Positions 25,340-37,860 are shown, counted from the stretch's first letter. The stretch: 64,000 nt of DNA from Octopus bimaculoides (GCF_001194135.2 NC_068995.1:7862659-7926658); one strand, 5' to 3'. A program made the numbers and translations. The notes: a model not told the origin generated them from the letters alone.

Positions 25340-25385
25340 GTATATATATGTATGTATATGTATAGATATGTATATGCATATATAG

Positions 25386-25432
<47 letters not shown>

Positions 25433-26024
25433 CCAATCTCGCGTAAACGTTTGATATATTCGACCCAATCAACAAAATTATATTACTATATTCTGTAATC
25501 ACTAAAATAAAGTCAGAAAATAATAACATAAAAACACACAAATTTATTTCTAATTAGCTAGTTAACTATTCTAACGCTTCCTTTACCATTCTTTTTCATG
25601 TAGATAGTATTTTGAAATAATTATTTATCTGCCTTTTTATTTCTTATAAATATTCAATTTTTCATTTCACTCACGCTTAAAATTTCATGCGCTCTCTTTG
25701 ATTGTTTCATCAACACTTGAGATTGTACGCTGATGTGAACTAGTCACTGACGCTGTGGAAGTACATCGAAGCATGTCAAAAGTTGTCAAGAGTTTGCTTT
25801 AATTATTAAGATGTCATTGGACGTTGAACTTATATGAGATTGTTAAAAAACTGTCCCATGCACAAAACTATTATCGAAGAACATTTGTTTTTGTGATGGC
25901 TAATACCACGATTTATTTTTATCGTTTACTTTTTTAGTTATAGGGCTTTGAACATACTTTCGCACCACCTTGAAAGGGATATTCGTAACTTTATCATTAT
26001 TATTAGTGCGGCAAGCTGCCAGAA

Positions 26025-26440
26025 TCGTTAACACGCAGAGAAAAATGCATATCGATATTTCACCCGTCACTTCGTTCTGAGTTCAAATTCCGCTGAGGTC
26101 GACTTTGGCTGTCATCTTTCCGGGATCGTTAAATTAAGCACCAGTTGAATACTGGGACGATGTAATCGATTATCCCTCTCCCCATCCATATCTCAGGCGT
26201 TGTGCCTATAGTAGAAAGGAGTATTATTATTATTATTGAGCTGATAGAATCGTTACCGCACCTGGCAAAATGCTTAGCGCCATTTGGATTTGAGTTCAAA
26301 TTCAGCCGGGGCTGAGTTTACTTTTCATCCTTTCGGAGTCATTAAAATCAGTACCAGTTGTATACTGGAATCGACGTATTCGACTAACCCCACCCTCGCC
26401 CCCAAATTTCAGACCCTGTGTCTATAGTAGAAAGGAGTAC
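26025..26440 (+). mobile_element. Two tandem family B SINEs separated by (ATT)n
   Basis: Heads at about 26028 and 26238; both end GTG.CTATAGTAGAAAGGAGTA. Confidence 0.85.
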
Positions 26441-26694
26441 TACCACTACTACTACAAATATTACTGTAGCAAAGCTGTGATCGTATGACGTAGCAAGGAG
26501 GTAATTACCAGCAATTAGGCATCAAAATTAGTCACGCTCGTCTTTAAAAGGAAACGAAAAAAACACACGGAATTCTGTGATAAAGTACAAAAACCAAAGT
26601 ACACAAATATATAAATGACGACATCGAATAAAATTAAAAACATTAAGGTTCCGTTTGTCGATCGTGCTGCATAATGTTTGGTTAATGATGTTAG

Positions 26695-26795
26695 TTAAGC
26701 GTACATTGATATGAATGTTAATGTGAGTTTAGTGGTGTATGATGAGCAACTGTGTATTGAGCCTGAACTTCCTCTTGTGGCAATGGCGCTGGAAT
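26695..26795 (-). CDS. Candidate alternative terminal exon of the OLF gene
   Basis: Acceptor tctatttgctatatttcag|AT. Phase-1 join to exon 3 gives DSSAIATRGSSGSIHSCSSYTTKLTLTFISMYA*. No transcript evidence. Confidence 0.3.
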
Positions 26796-27912
26796 CTGAA
26801 ATATAGCAAATAGACGGAATACATGCAATATATTTGGTTAGAGACAGATAAATAGATAGATAGATAGATAGGGAGAGAAGAGAAGGAGCGTTTTGAGAGA
26901 TAAAGAGAAAGGAAAGGTTAACAAAGAGAAAGAGGGAGTGAAAGAGTAACGAAGAGAAAGAATAAAATGGTATTAAAATAGAGACTGATATATCTCAATG
27001 TACACACACACACACATATATGTATGTATATATATATGTATATATAAACTCATATATGCGTGTATGTATTTATAAGTATATATATATATATATATATAAT
27101 AGTGACACTTCGTTGATAAAACGCTCGTTGAAACACAAACACGTTACATGGTCAAAGCTGCCCTTTGTCTCCTGCAAAGAAAAGCAGATTATCCGGTTTT
27201 TAAAAAAAAATTGTTTAAAGCAGTTAATATTGGATTAGTAGAAATTATGTTTTCCTGATGCAGAGGCGTTTGCAATTGTAGTTACTAGTTTCCACAGCTT
27301 ATGTAATAGCAAAGAAAATTCAAATATATATCGTACATTATTTAGCGCAAATTTAAAACTGCTTTTATTCTAAATTTATGGAAATGACCGATACGTATAC
27401 TTTCTCTAAACCTTTTGTCGTTTATCTGTGTATCTGTATGTTTGTGTGTGTGTGTGTCTGTGTGTTTGCCTCACTGCCTGGCTGTATGTATCCGGTTAGA
27501 TAAATATAATATAAACTGTGTAATATATACTATGATTTAAATCAAAATAAGCAACAACGATATCGAGAGGTAATGCAGTACGATAATTCCAAGCAACTCA
27601 ATTTAAATAAACAATGCAAACACTACATTAGTTATTAGTACAAAGTTATTAGTATTAATCCGACTCTCTCAGCCCTATTCATAACAGACATTGCTCTTTT
27701 TCTATGCCCTTACCTCCTTGGAGATTTTAAGTAAAATTATATTGCATCCATCTGTTTTAATTTAATTAAATTCTATGTCTCAACTGAGGATTGCTCTGCA
27801 TTTAAATTGATGTAACGCTTGCATTGTTCAATTAAATGGAGTTACTTGAAACGTACTGCATTACCTCCGGATATCCTTGTTCCTCATCTTGATTGTAATC
27901 ACCTTATTTTGA

Positions 27913-27946
<34 letters not shown>

Positions 27947-29519
27947 ACATGCATAGACGTATATCTAAATACCTGTATATATGTGTGGGTGTATCTAAGT
28001 CTGTACTTATGCATGTTCATATTTGCATTTCAGTACCTTTGCATCTGTGCATACGGTTATATATAAACGCAAGCATTGCTAGTCTGTATCCCAGTTTGCT
28101 CCATTAGATCATTAGCAATACTGCCTGTACTATTATAGATTATAAACACATTAACCTACTACTTTCATATCTCGGATAATTCATCTGTCCCACTAATTTT
28201 TAATATCCTTCACATGTGATAGCAATGTTTCATTTCTAAAACTCAAACAATTGTTACAAGTGTCGACAAATATAAAATTGCCAGCATCCATTTTGTCTCC
28301 TATCTTTCTATTCAGATAATTCCGTTTCGTTAAATTTGCATTTAATCCATAAACTCAAATATAGGAAATAGGTATTCTTTTTGTACTTATAGGTGTGTGT
28401 GTGTGTGTGTGCGTGTGTGTGTGTGCGTGTGCGTGTGCGTGTGCGGAGACGTAGAAACACCCACACACACACTTGGAAATAATATTAAATTCACTAAAAG
28501 GAATATATATATATGTGTGGTGGTATTTGTGTGTGCAAGTTTGAGTATTTAGCGATTGATTGCATGTGTTAGTTTTCGGCAAAAGGTTACTAAATACCAA
28601 AATATTGAAGGAGATATGTTTATCTCTCCAGGATCACACACACATAATATATAAACGCATATGTGAATATATCTGTAATCAAAGCATCATAAAGAAGGGG
28701 AATTATATATTCTAAATACGTTGGTGAAAGTATTATTCTCATCAAATGCCAACCCAACACGTGTTTCTGCTGGACACGTGACCTAGTGCCGTTTGTAAAT
28801 CATTCATGTGCGTTTAGTTCGTTCAAATTTAAATCATTTATTTCACATTTGTATCGAAGTTAAATATTCCCATGCTGTACTCGGACTTGAACTCAGGTAT
28901 ACGCCAATTAGATCTCTTTACCACGCGGCTTGAGTATTTACTCTTAGTAATTTGTAATTTTGTAAATTTAATTGAATTTCTAACCAAAAGAAATTTATGT
29001 CAGTCGTTTCTGTTACTATTCCCTTGTGACCCGGAATCTCTATTTTGGAAATGGTATTTATATAAATAGTGCAAACTTGTAATATGAAGAAGAGACATTA
29101 CGTAGTCTGGATGATTATAACATAATCATATAAACATTAATTAAGTAGAGATATTTGGACTCTTAATTATATATTATACGACGCACATAACATTGGTAAT
29201 TAAAAATATATTGCACATCATAATTACTGACATGGAATTGTTAATCAATGATTTTTTACAACATGTAATTGCAGAAAAATATTTTAAAATCATCCTAGGA
29301 TATTTGTTATAGATTATATATTGATTAATTATTAGTTGTGTATATGGTAAATAAAAATGTTTTAGTAAGTCACATATTGTATGTAATAGAAGTAAAAAGT
29401 GCAGTGCAGAACAGATAAATATATACAATTATATGAATATTTACAATTGCTAACCATTGAGATCATATTAGCAATAATTTTAGCTAAACGTCAGTATAAA
29501 TTGTTTCATTTTATCTTAC

Positions 29520-29588
29520 CTCGAGGTCTGGGTGGTAATGGAGGAGTAGGTCTAACTGTCGTCGTGGGTGGAAGAATTTGTACGGATT
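29520..29588 (-). CDS. OLF gene exon 3: Pro/Thr-rich linker (E)SVQILPPTTTVRPTPPLPPRPR(E)
   Basis: Strong acceptor tttttcattttacttgcag| and donor GAG|gtaaga; 69 nt, phase 1-1; joins the OLF exon as PPRPR-E-CAIK. Confidence 0.85.
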
Positions 29589-29959
29589 CTGCAAGTAAAA
29601 TGAAAAATATAATTAAGTATTGGTTTGTTTTTTGGAAAGGTTTCTCCAGACGGATGATATACTCTAATTAATACTTAATAAATACTATTTATTTGCTCTA
29701 ACAGCCCATTCTATATTTAACAAGGTCACAACTTTCAGTGTATCTAGGTCAAGCCAAAACTTTAGTACTCTATAGGAAGTTATTCAGTTTTGTTCAATTA
29801 AATTGAGTACTGCAAATGATATAGAAATATCTGCGCATTGTAAAGTGCTACTGTAGTATCCATCGATAAATACGCGAATGTACCTACGCGCACATAAATA
29901 TATATACATGAAGATACATGAACCTACATGGAAATATAAGCATGGCAAATGTAACTATT

Positions 29960-30023
29960 GTTCCTAGATTGAAAAAAATTATAAGCAGTCTTGCGAACCG
30001 TCTTGGATTCTCATCAGAGGAAC
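29960..30023 (-). ncRNA. Degenerate type I hammerhead-like three-way junction in intron 2, gene-sense strand
   Basis: GUUCCU-CUGAUGA-GAAUC(CAAGAC)GGUUC-GCA-AGACUG(14 nt)CAAUCU-AGGAAC. A13 is C and the cleavage-site register is off by one nucleotide. Confidence 0.45.
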
Positions 30024-30228
30024 CTGTATCATTTGACGGATTCTAGGAAAGGAAGCAAGGAATGTGATTGTATACTCAACAAATCCAAAATCTTCTGCGA
30101 AATGGAGTTATTAGTTTGCATACCATAAGTGCTTCACTCTTTATTTTAATACCAGCGTCCAGGCAACGGGAATCTCATTCCACACAGCATCATGGCATGA
30201 TATATGTAAACCTACGTACTATATACAT

Positions 30229-30286
<58 letters not shown>

Positions 30287-30803
30287 NNNNNNNNNNNNNN
30301 NNNNNNNNNNNNNNNNNNNNNNNNNNNNNNNNNNNNNNNNNNNNNNNNNNNNNNNNNNNNNNNNNNNNNNNNNNNNNNNNNNNNNNNNNNNNNNNNNNNN
30401 NNNNNNNNNNNNNNNNNNNNNNNNNNNNNNNNNNNNNNNNNNNNNNNNNNNNNNNNNNNNNNNNNNNNNNNNNNNNNNNNNNNNNNNNNNNNNNNNNNNN
30501 NNNNNNNNNNNNNNNNNNNNNNNNNNNNNNNNNNNNNNNNNNNNNNNNNNNNNNNNNNNNNNNNNNNNNNNNNNNNNNNNNNNNNNNNNNNNNNNNNNNN
30601 NNNNNNNNNNNNNNNNNNNNNNNNNNNNNNNNNNNNNNNNNNNNNNNNNNNNNNNNNNNNNNNNNNNNNNNNNNNNNNNNNNNNNNNNNNNNNNNNNNNN
30701 NNNNNNNNNNNNNNNNNNNNNNNNNNNNNNNNNNNNNNNNNNNNNNNNNNNNNNNNNNNNNNNNNNNNNNNNNNNNNNNNNNNNNNNNNNNNNNNNNNNN
30801 NNN

Positions 30804-30872
<69 letters not shown>

Positions 30873-31654
30873 CACATACACACACACACACACATACACA
30901 CATGCTCCCACGGTAGGTCCACCAGCTCTCCTAAGGTTTCCACCGATCATTAGATGTGGTCGGTTTGAGCAATTGTTCTACACAAAAATTTCCCTTGCTA
31001 GCAATCGGAGGCACTGATATAAATGAATAACTACAAATGAAAAAAGTTCACGGAAACTAAGAGGAGCCGATGACAACGACGCCGAAGGACAATATATACA
31101 TACATACGTTTACAAACGTGTATACTAGCATGCTTACCTACCTCAATGCATACATACATACCTACGTGCGCACACGCATGCAAATCTCTGCACCTACTGA
31201 TCTAGATACATGCTGAGACGCTAGTCGACAGCATTTATGTGTATATGAAGAGAGATAAGCAGAGAGAGGAAGAGAGTCAAACGTTCGTGTAATATGATAT
31301 ATATATATATATATATATATCATATTACATTATAGATATATAATATATGTATGCACATATATCATATTACGATATAGATATATATATATATATATGTATA
31401 TATATCATATTACGATATAGATATATATATATATATATGTATATATATCATATTACAATATAGATATATACATGTATATATACATATATATATATTTGTA
31501 AATTTATCACAGGAAGCTATTCATTGAAATTACAATGAAAACGTTCTTCAATCAAGTAGTTGGTTATACTTCTGATTGCACGTAATGAGGAAGCACAGTT
31601 TTGCTACAGCATGACCGCAAGCTCTGGTTGGAACCTTTAGAAGAGTAAAGTTAC

Positions 31655-31725
31655 CTGTATGAATCGTTAAGTTAGCATGCATGAATCTACTAAAAATGTT
31701 AGGTCTAGTGCATACAACATCAGCA
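31655..31725 (-). CDS. OLF gene exon 2: (S)ADVVCTRPNIFSRFMHANLTIHT(E)
   Basis: Acceptor tctctacatttttttatag| and donor CAG|gtaact; 71 nt, phase 2-1; open only in the frame that links exons 1 and 3; NLT sequon. Confidence 0.7.
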
Positions 31726-32427
31726 CTATAAAAAAATGTAGAGATAAAGACAAGCAGATCATCTTAAAACGTAAACAAAATCTTTGAGGCCCTGATTTAA
31801 AGATTTCAGACCAGAAAAGCACTAGACAGAGCACATATTTTAAGCTGGTACCCAAGGCTGACATCCCTTTCGAGCTGTCTTATTGCCCATTATCCGTTAG
31901 CTCTTGTTGGACGTATGCAAAAGTTCAAAACATATATCAGCAGGCACTTATTGATGATATAAATATTTAAATCTGAATGATAATGGTATAGGCAAAAAGA
32001 ATACCACAAGAATATTTCTCTCTCGTATCACTGAAAAACAGGCGGCTTATGGATTGGCAGAATGTAATTACAGGTAACGTTCTAAATGATATCTGAGATT
32101 AATCGATATTTAATTAGATTCTCGTCATTTCTTTGTAAATTTTGTGGGGTTTAGGACCGGAAAATATACAAGTAAAATTGAATTCTCACAAAAGGCAGGT
32201 CTCACTAAACGTTAGTGTCACGGTGTGCAACTCTTTCAACGATATCTCTATATATCTGAAGAACTTGTTTAATATCGAGCGTAATACTCAACGGAGTCGA
32301 TTCAAGACATACACACACACATAAACACACATGCACAGACACACATCATTCTCTCTCTCTCTCTCTCTTTTTCTTTCTCCCTGTCTACCTCTCTCTCTCA
32401 CGCTGTCACTCTCTCTTTCTCTTCATT

Positions 32428-32464
<37 letters not shown>

Positions 32465-32467
<3 letters not shown>

Positions 32468-32655
32468 TGACCGTTGACTGAACACTATTCAATTTTTTTC
32501 TCCGTGTTTTTCTCCTTGTCTCCGTATTCTTTCTGTTGAAGAGCGTAGCTCGAAACGTCAAAGACTTTCCGTATTCCCGAGCGTCATACTAATACATCCT
32601 TTTGTTATTTACACCACCTGTCCTCGTCTGTTGTTGTTTTTTCGTACATTCTCCC
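32465..32655 (+). mobile_element. Short Penelope-like (pLTR-type) remnant between (TA)n tracts
   Basis: Carries a minimal hammerhead motif; homologous degenerate copy at 34081-34104 plus 34570-34660. The PLE call rests on the ribozyme motif, not on RT sequence. Confidence 0.6.
32528..32564 (+). ncRNA. Minimal type I hammerhead ribozyme motif
   Basis: UCUUU-CUGUUGA-A-GAGC(GUA)GCUC-GAAAC-GUC-AAAGA: 5-bp stem I, 4-bp stem II, palindromic ACGU stem III, GUC site; A6 is U. Confidence 0.7.
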
Positions 32656-33522
32656 ATATATATATATATACATACAAAGTATAGGGGTTTAGTTCACAGG
32701 TGATCTAAACGATTAGGTACGCTTGGTAGTTATAGAACCATTGCAGATTTCCACTGCAGTGGATATATAATTCTTAAAAGAGATAGTAAACATTAAAGCA
32801 AGGCAACTATCTCACATATACTTATGTACATAAATATACACGAACACATACATATATACATGTTAATAGACACATATATAAATGATAAAAGGAAAGAATG
32901 TATGTATATAAAATTTAGTATTTCTATTTAGAAATATTAGAATCTCCTACAACACCAAACAGACAAATTCAGTACAAGTCTGCACTAACAAAATCTTCAG
33001 GACTAAAGTCATTAAGGACAGGAAAAACATCGGGACGAACAATGAAATTTTTTTCAAAAAATACATCACTTATTTCAAGATGTCGGAGTTGTCTTCAATA
33101 TACTTATTGGACACATCGCTGATTCTGTAAATTTGAATTTAATATGTTGCGCTTATGCTTCCTATAGGGAAATGTTTTTGAAATCTTTGAATAATTTCTC
33201 ACACACACAGATAGTTATCTATTGTAGTTGAACGTTTAAATTGAAGTAATTCTTATCGTTGTTTTTTGCTGGTGATGTTCTAGTTCTCAATGATAATAGG
33301 TATAAAACTGGTTTAAATGCAGACGTGTATTGTTTTTTCTGTTTTGTTGTTGTAATCGATTCTACAATTTTTAAATGGAAAAACACAATTTTAAATAGAG
33401 ACGCAAACAAGAACACCAAATTCACTTTCACAAACAATCAAGAACGTATAGAGTTGTATGTATCAGACATCCTACGAACAACGTACATTATAAAGAAAAC
33501 ACTTGTACAATACTCTAATATA

Positions 33523-33565
<43 letters not shown>

Positions 33566-34037
33566 TTCTGCGTGTGTCAGTATACATCTATAACAATCAA
33601 TTTATTTATGTATCTACCTAGCTGTATCTCTCGTAACATCACACTCAACAACTCACGTACACGCGCACATATTTATCTATCTACATACATACATACATAC
33701 ATACATACATACATACATACATACATACATACATACATACATACATACATACATANNNNNNNNNNNNNNNNNNNNNNNNNNNNNNNNNNNNNNNNNNNNN
33801 NNNNNNNNNNNNNNNNNNNNNNNNNNNNNNNNNNNNNNNNNNNNNNNNNNNNNNNNNNNNNNNAACTTAATGCAGTTGAACCAATATGTGTCAGGAAGTG
33901 TACAGTGAAACAAACATGCACTCGTCAATACATATATAGGTTGTACACATTTGCATAAGATATATTAATCGAACCACTACGTCTGACTTATCATGTCTCC
34001 AATTCTCTTTGTACATACATTCATGTATGCATACACA

Positions 34038-34071
<34 letters not shown>

Positions 34072-34104
34072 CTTATCTATATATTTCTCCTTATTCCATT
34101 CTGT

Positions 34105-34569
34105 CTGGAGGCGCAATGGCCCAGTGGTTAGAGCAGCGGACTCGCGGTCATAGGATCGCGGTTTCGATTCCCAGACCGGGCGTTGTGAGTGTTTATTAAG
34201 CGAAAACACCGAAAGCTCCACAAAGCTCCGTCAGGGGATGGTGGCGAACCCTGCTGTACTCTTCCACCACAACTTTATCTCACTCTTACTTCCTGTTTCT
34301 GTTGTGCCTGTAATTCAAAGGGTCAGTCTTGTCACACTGTGTCACGCTGAATATCCCCGAGAACTACGTTAAGGGTACGCGTGTCTGTGGAGNNNNNNNN
34401 NNGTCTTGTCACACTGTGTCACGCTGAATATCCCCGAGAACTACGTTAAGGGTACGCGTGTCTGTGGAGTGCTCAGCCACTTGGACGTTAGTTTCACGAG
34501 CAGGCTGTTCCGTTGATCGGATCAACTGGAACCCTCAACGTCGTAAGCGACGGAGTGCCAACAACAACA
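34105..34569 (+). mobile_element. Family A SINE, full length, with 14-bp TSD and a gap-associated internal duplication
   Basis: A and B boxes, (CAA)n tail; TSD TTATTCCATTCTGT at 34091-34104 and 34570-34583. Confidence 0.92.
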
Positions 34570-34654
34570 TTATTCCATTCTGTAGAAAAGCGTAGGTTCG
34601 AAACATCAGTCTTCTATTTTCCAAAGCGTGAATCTAATTCTTGCTTCTTCTCGC

Positions 34655-34660
<6 letters not shown>
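34570..34660 (+). mobile_element. Degenerate copy of the 32.5-kb hammerhead-bearing element, split by the SINE
   Basis: TTCTGTAGAAAAGCGTAGGTTCGAAACATC versus TTCTGTTGAAGAGCGTAGCTCGAAACGTC; left part TTTCTCCTT at 34084-34092. Confidence 0.6.
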
Positions 34661-34699
<39 letters not shown>

Positions 34700-34946
34700 C
34701 GTGTGTGTTACAAAAGAAAATACGCATTTATCTGAAATGTCCATATTAACTACAATCCAAATACCGTTATATGTTAGCCAGTCCTAACATTCCCATGAAT
34801 TCTATAGCTTGTCTTTAGAGTGTTTTGTTCTACGCACACTGTGTTGGAAATTCGGATAATGTCACTTATATGTGTGCGTGTGCGTGTGCCCCTTGGTGTG
34901 CTCATAGCACTATAAGTACTATAGAACTATATCTATATGTGTGTGC

Positions 34947-34994
<48 letters not shown>

Positions 34995-35306
34995 NNNNNN
35001 NNNNNNNNNNNNNNNNNNNNNNNNNNNNNNNNNNNNNNNNNNNNNNNNNNNNNNNNNNNNNNNNNNNNNNNNNNNNNNNNNNNNNNNNNNNNNNNNNNNN
35101 NNNNNNNNNNNNNNNNNNNNNNNNNNNNNNNNNNNNNNNNNNNNNNNNNNNNNNNNNNNNNNNNNNNNNNNNNNNNNNNNNNNNNNNNNNNNNNNNNNNN
35201 NNNNNNNNNNNNNNNNNNNNNNNNNNNNNNNNNNNNNNNNNNNNNNNNNNNNNNNNNNNNNNNNNNNNNNNNNNNNNNNNNNNNNNNNNNNNNNNNNNNN
35301 NNNNNN

Positions 35307-35349
<43 letters not shown>

Positions 35350-36701
35350 AAGAGGGTGGAGAAGGAGGGTATGTATACAATAATCTCAGTAAAAATAGAC
35401 GCGTATATGGTCGTTTTACTTTCTGATATTTCTGATGGATTATAATTATAGACTGTGTAACAATACCTACAAATCTTAACGTAAAAGATTTGAGACAACG
35501 AAAGCAAAACAAACAAAAATGACCCCAAAATATAAAATAATTTACACACATACACACGCTCAAACACACGCATAGATACGCGTGCGTGTATTTTGTATGT
35601 GTGTGTGTGTGCTTGCGTGTGTGTGTGTGCTTGCGTGTGTGTGTTCGTATATTTGTATGTATCTATAAAGATATTTATTGAGGAATTAATAGCTCAATAT
35701 CGAAAGATTAAAATTTATGAAATATAAAATGAAAACATTCGAATGAAGCTGACATATATTCTATATTGTTACCAATATCTAAGTTTAGCATCAGACATTG
35801 TTTCTTAAAAACATCTCATAAAATGGAAAGCGATTTTAAAATGTCGTCTATATAATTCCCTGGAGGTTGTTTCCAGGAAATCTTTGCTTGCTTCCTTGCT
35901 CGGCTTTATTTAGCTATTCTAATTGGTCATATTTGCAGATATTCTTTTCCTTTTCCTCATCGTCGCCATCCTTGTTGTTGTTATAGTTGTTGTTGTTACG
36001 GCTGCTGTTATCGAATGTTTAGGAAGACATTGTTGATGGTGCGGCTGTGTACTCCTATTGACTTCTATATCATTATCACCTCTGCACCGAGATATAGATA
36101 CATGTATACATACATACATACATGCATATATCACTAAAAATGTATGACTAAAAACGTGGTATACAAGTGCACAAAGAACAGTAGAGGAGACCCCTACCTA
36201 TATGTCGGGGCATCTGCCGATTTTTTCAAATATTGATACCGCGGCCACATCGCCAGTTTTTGAAATATCTTTAAACGACATCTAACATCACTACCAGATT
36301 TTATCTGGAGGCTTGAGGGAGCGAACACAAAATACGACTTTACATCTTGGAAATGCTATTTTTCAGAAAAGTCTTGGCGGCCGGCCTCCAACACTTTTTC
36401 TGCAAAATAGGGGTAGCTTATCGTGTTCAGGCTATATTATTAGCATTATCCGGCGTTTGAGAATTTAAAAATCACTTCTTTAACTTTCTAAGACATCTCA
36501 ACGCTTATAAAGCAAACTTCGTTTGTTTGTTTACGATCATCGCAATTTGAATTTAATATATATATATATATATACACACATGTGCACCTGGGCATATGAA
36601 TTTCCTGTACATATGTATTTATTCGTCTATACGTGTGTGTATGCGCGGGTATCTAGTTGTATGTATATGCCCTTATGCCTGGATGCGCGTGTGTATATGT
36701 G

Positions 36702-36747
<46 letters not shown>

Positions 36748-37445
36748 TACGCACACACATATATGTATATACATTTATAGATTAAGGAATATCTTTTACT
36801 TGCACGAACAAATATACAAATATATATTTGTATGTATATACATATGTGTCTGTCTGTGTGCATAAGTTTAAGTGGTTAAGTGTGTCGGTGCACTTGTATG
36901 TGTATGCACGGGATTTTTCATTAGAAAGAAAAAAATAACCGGAAAAATCGAAAACCATCAGAAAAGATTGAATCAAGTTGAGCAAGTGAAGATTCACATG
37001 ATGGAGATGACGCGGATGATGCCAATAATAATACTAATAATAATAATGAGAAGAAGAAAAGAAGGAAGAAGAAATTCTAACAAAGCAGCCAACGTGAGAA
37101 ATGTACTTTTCTTGAAGCGTTTGTCTAAGGAAATATCGTAGCAAAGATCGATAAATGTCTATGAGTTGTCAAAACACAGATTAATAATCAATAATCTTGG
37201 CAATAGAGTTGTATGAAAAACAATCAGATCAATCGCAACGGAACCTGCAATTGGCAATGTCAGTTTAGGCTTCAAAATTAATCACTTAGCCTACTCCCAG
37301 ATCGATCGAATGATCTTAGTCGCTATTAAACATTGATTGAGTACGCACACAATCACACACGCACACATATATAACATATTTACATATATGGGTGTGTTAT
37401 GCACACACACACACACACACACACACAAACATATATATATATTAT

Positions 37446-37630
37446 GCTTTCAGTCATTTTTAACTGTGGCCATGCTGGGGCACCGCTTTATTAGTCGAAG
37501 AAATCGATCCCAGGATTTATTTTTTGTAAGCTTGGTACTTATTCAATCGGTCTCTTCTGCCGAAACACTAGGTTACGGGGACCGAAACACAGCAACATCG
37601 GATGTCAGGCGATGGTAGGAGGACAAACAC
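37446..37630 (-). mobile_element. Family C SINE, 3' half
   Basis: TTTCAGTCATT..GTGGCCATGCTGGGGCACCGC..AGTCGAAGAAATCGATCCCAGG is the reverse complement of the 3' part of 61731-62140. Confidence 0.8.
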
Positions 37631-37684
37631 AGGAACAAACACACAAATATATATATATATATATATATTTCAAAATGTAACCAC

Positions 37685-37860
37685 ATGTGAATCGTTGGCC
37701 TTTTTTCCCCCTCCGTCTTACTTTCGTATTGGACCTTCCTCTGTCCCCTGTTTCTGAAGAAGAGCTTGTGCTCGAAACGTGAAGTCAATTTTCTTTCCTT
37801 CCCCGAGCATCTGCTAATATTTTACTTTTTTGTGTTTGTTCTTCGTTCGTTTATTTATAT
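37685..37860 (+). mobile_element. Penelope-like remnant with hammerhead core (second subfamily)
   Basis: GUUU-CUGAAGA-A-GAGC(UUGU)GCUC-GAAAC-GUG-AAGU at 37750-37785; canonical core but GUG at the cleavage triplet. Confidence 0.6.

Noticed and set aside
28865-28935. tRNA-like sequence on the minus strand (GAGTTCAAGTCC B box)
   Set aside because: Acceptor, D and anticodon stems do not pair; at best a decayed SINE head. No true tRNA gene was identified in the window.
31667-31864. Minus ORF MSALGTSLKYVLCLVLFW as a possible signal peptide
   Set aside because: It overlaps exon 2 in a different frame and stops before the donor; the spliced model explains the region better.
33104-33124. 21-nt phase 2-2 micro-exon candidate in OLF intron 1 (RISDVSNN)
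   Set aside because: Weak donor (AA|gtatat) and it would disrupt the clean signal-peptide cleavage site; not supportable without reads.
33259-33621. Plus-strand ORF with Ig-like flavour (VYC..FKWKN..LYVSDI)
   Set aside because: Lacks the second-Cys D.G.Y.C strand, runs into (TA)n, has no convincing splice sites and is antisense to the OLF gene.
34325-34469. 68-bp direct duplication inside the family A SINE
   Set aside because: Identical copies flank a 10-N gap, typical of an unmerged contig overlap.
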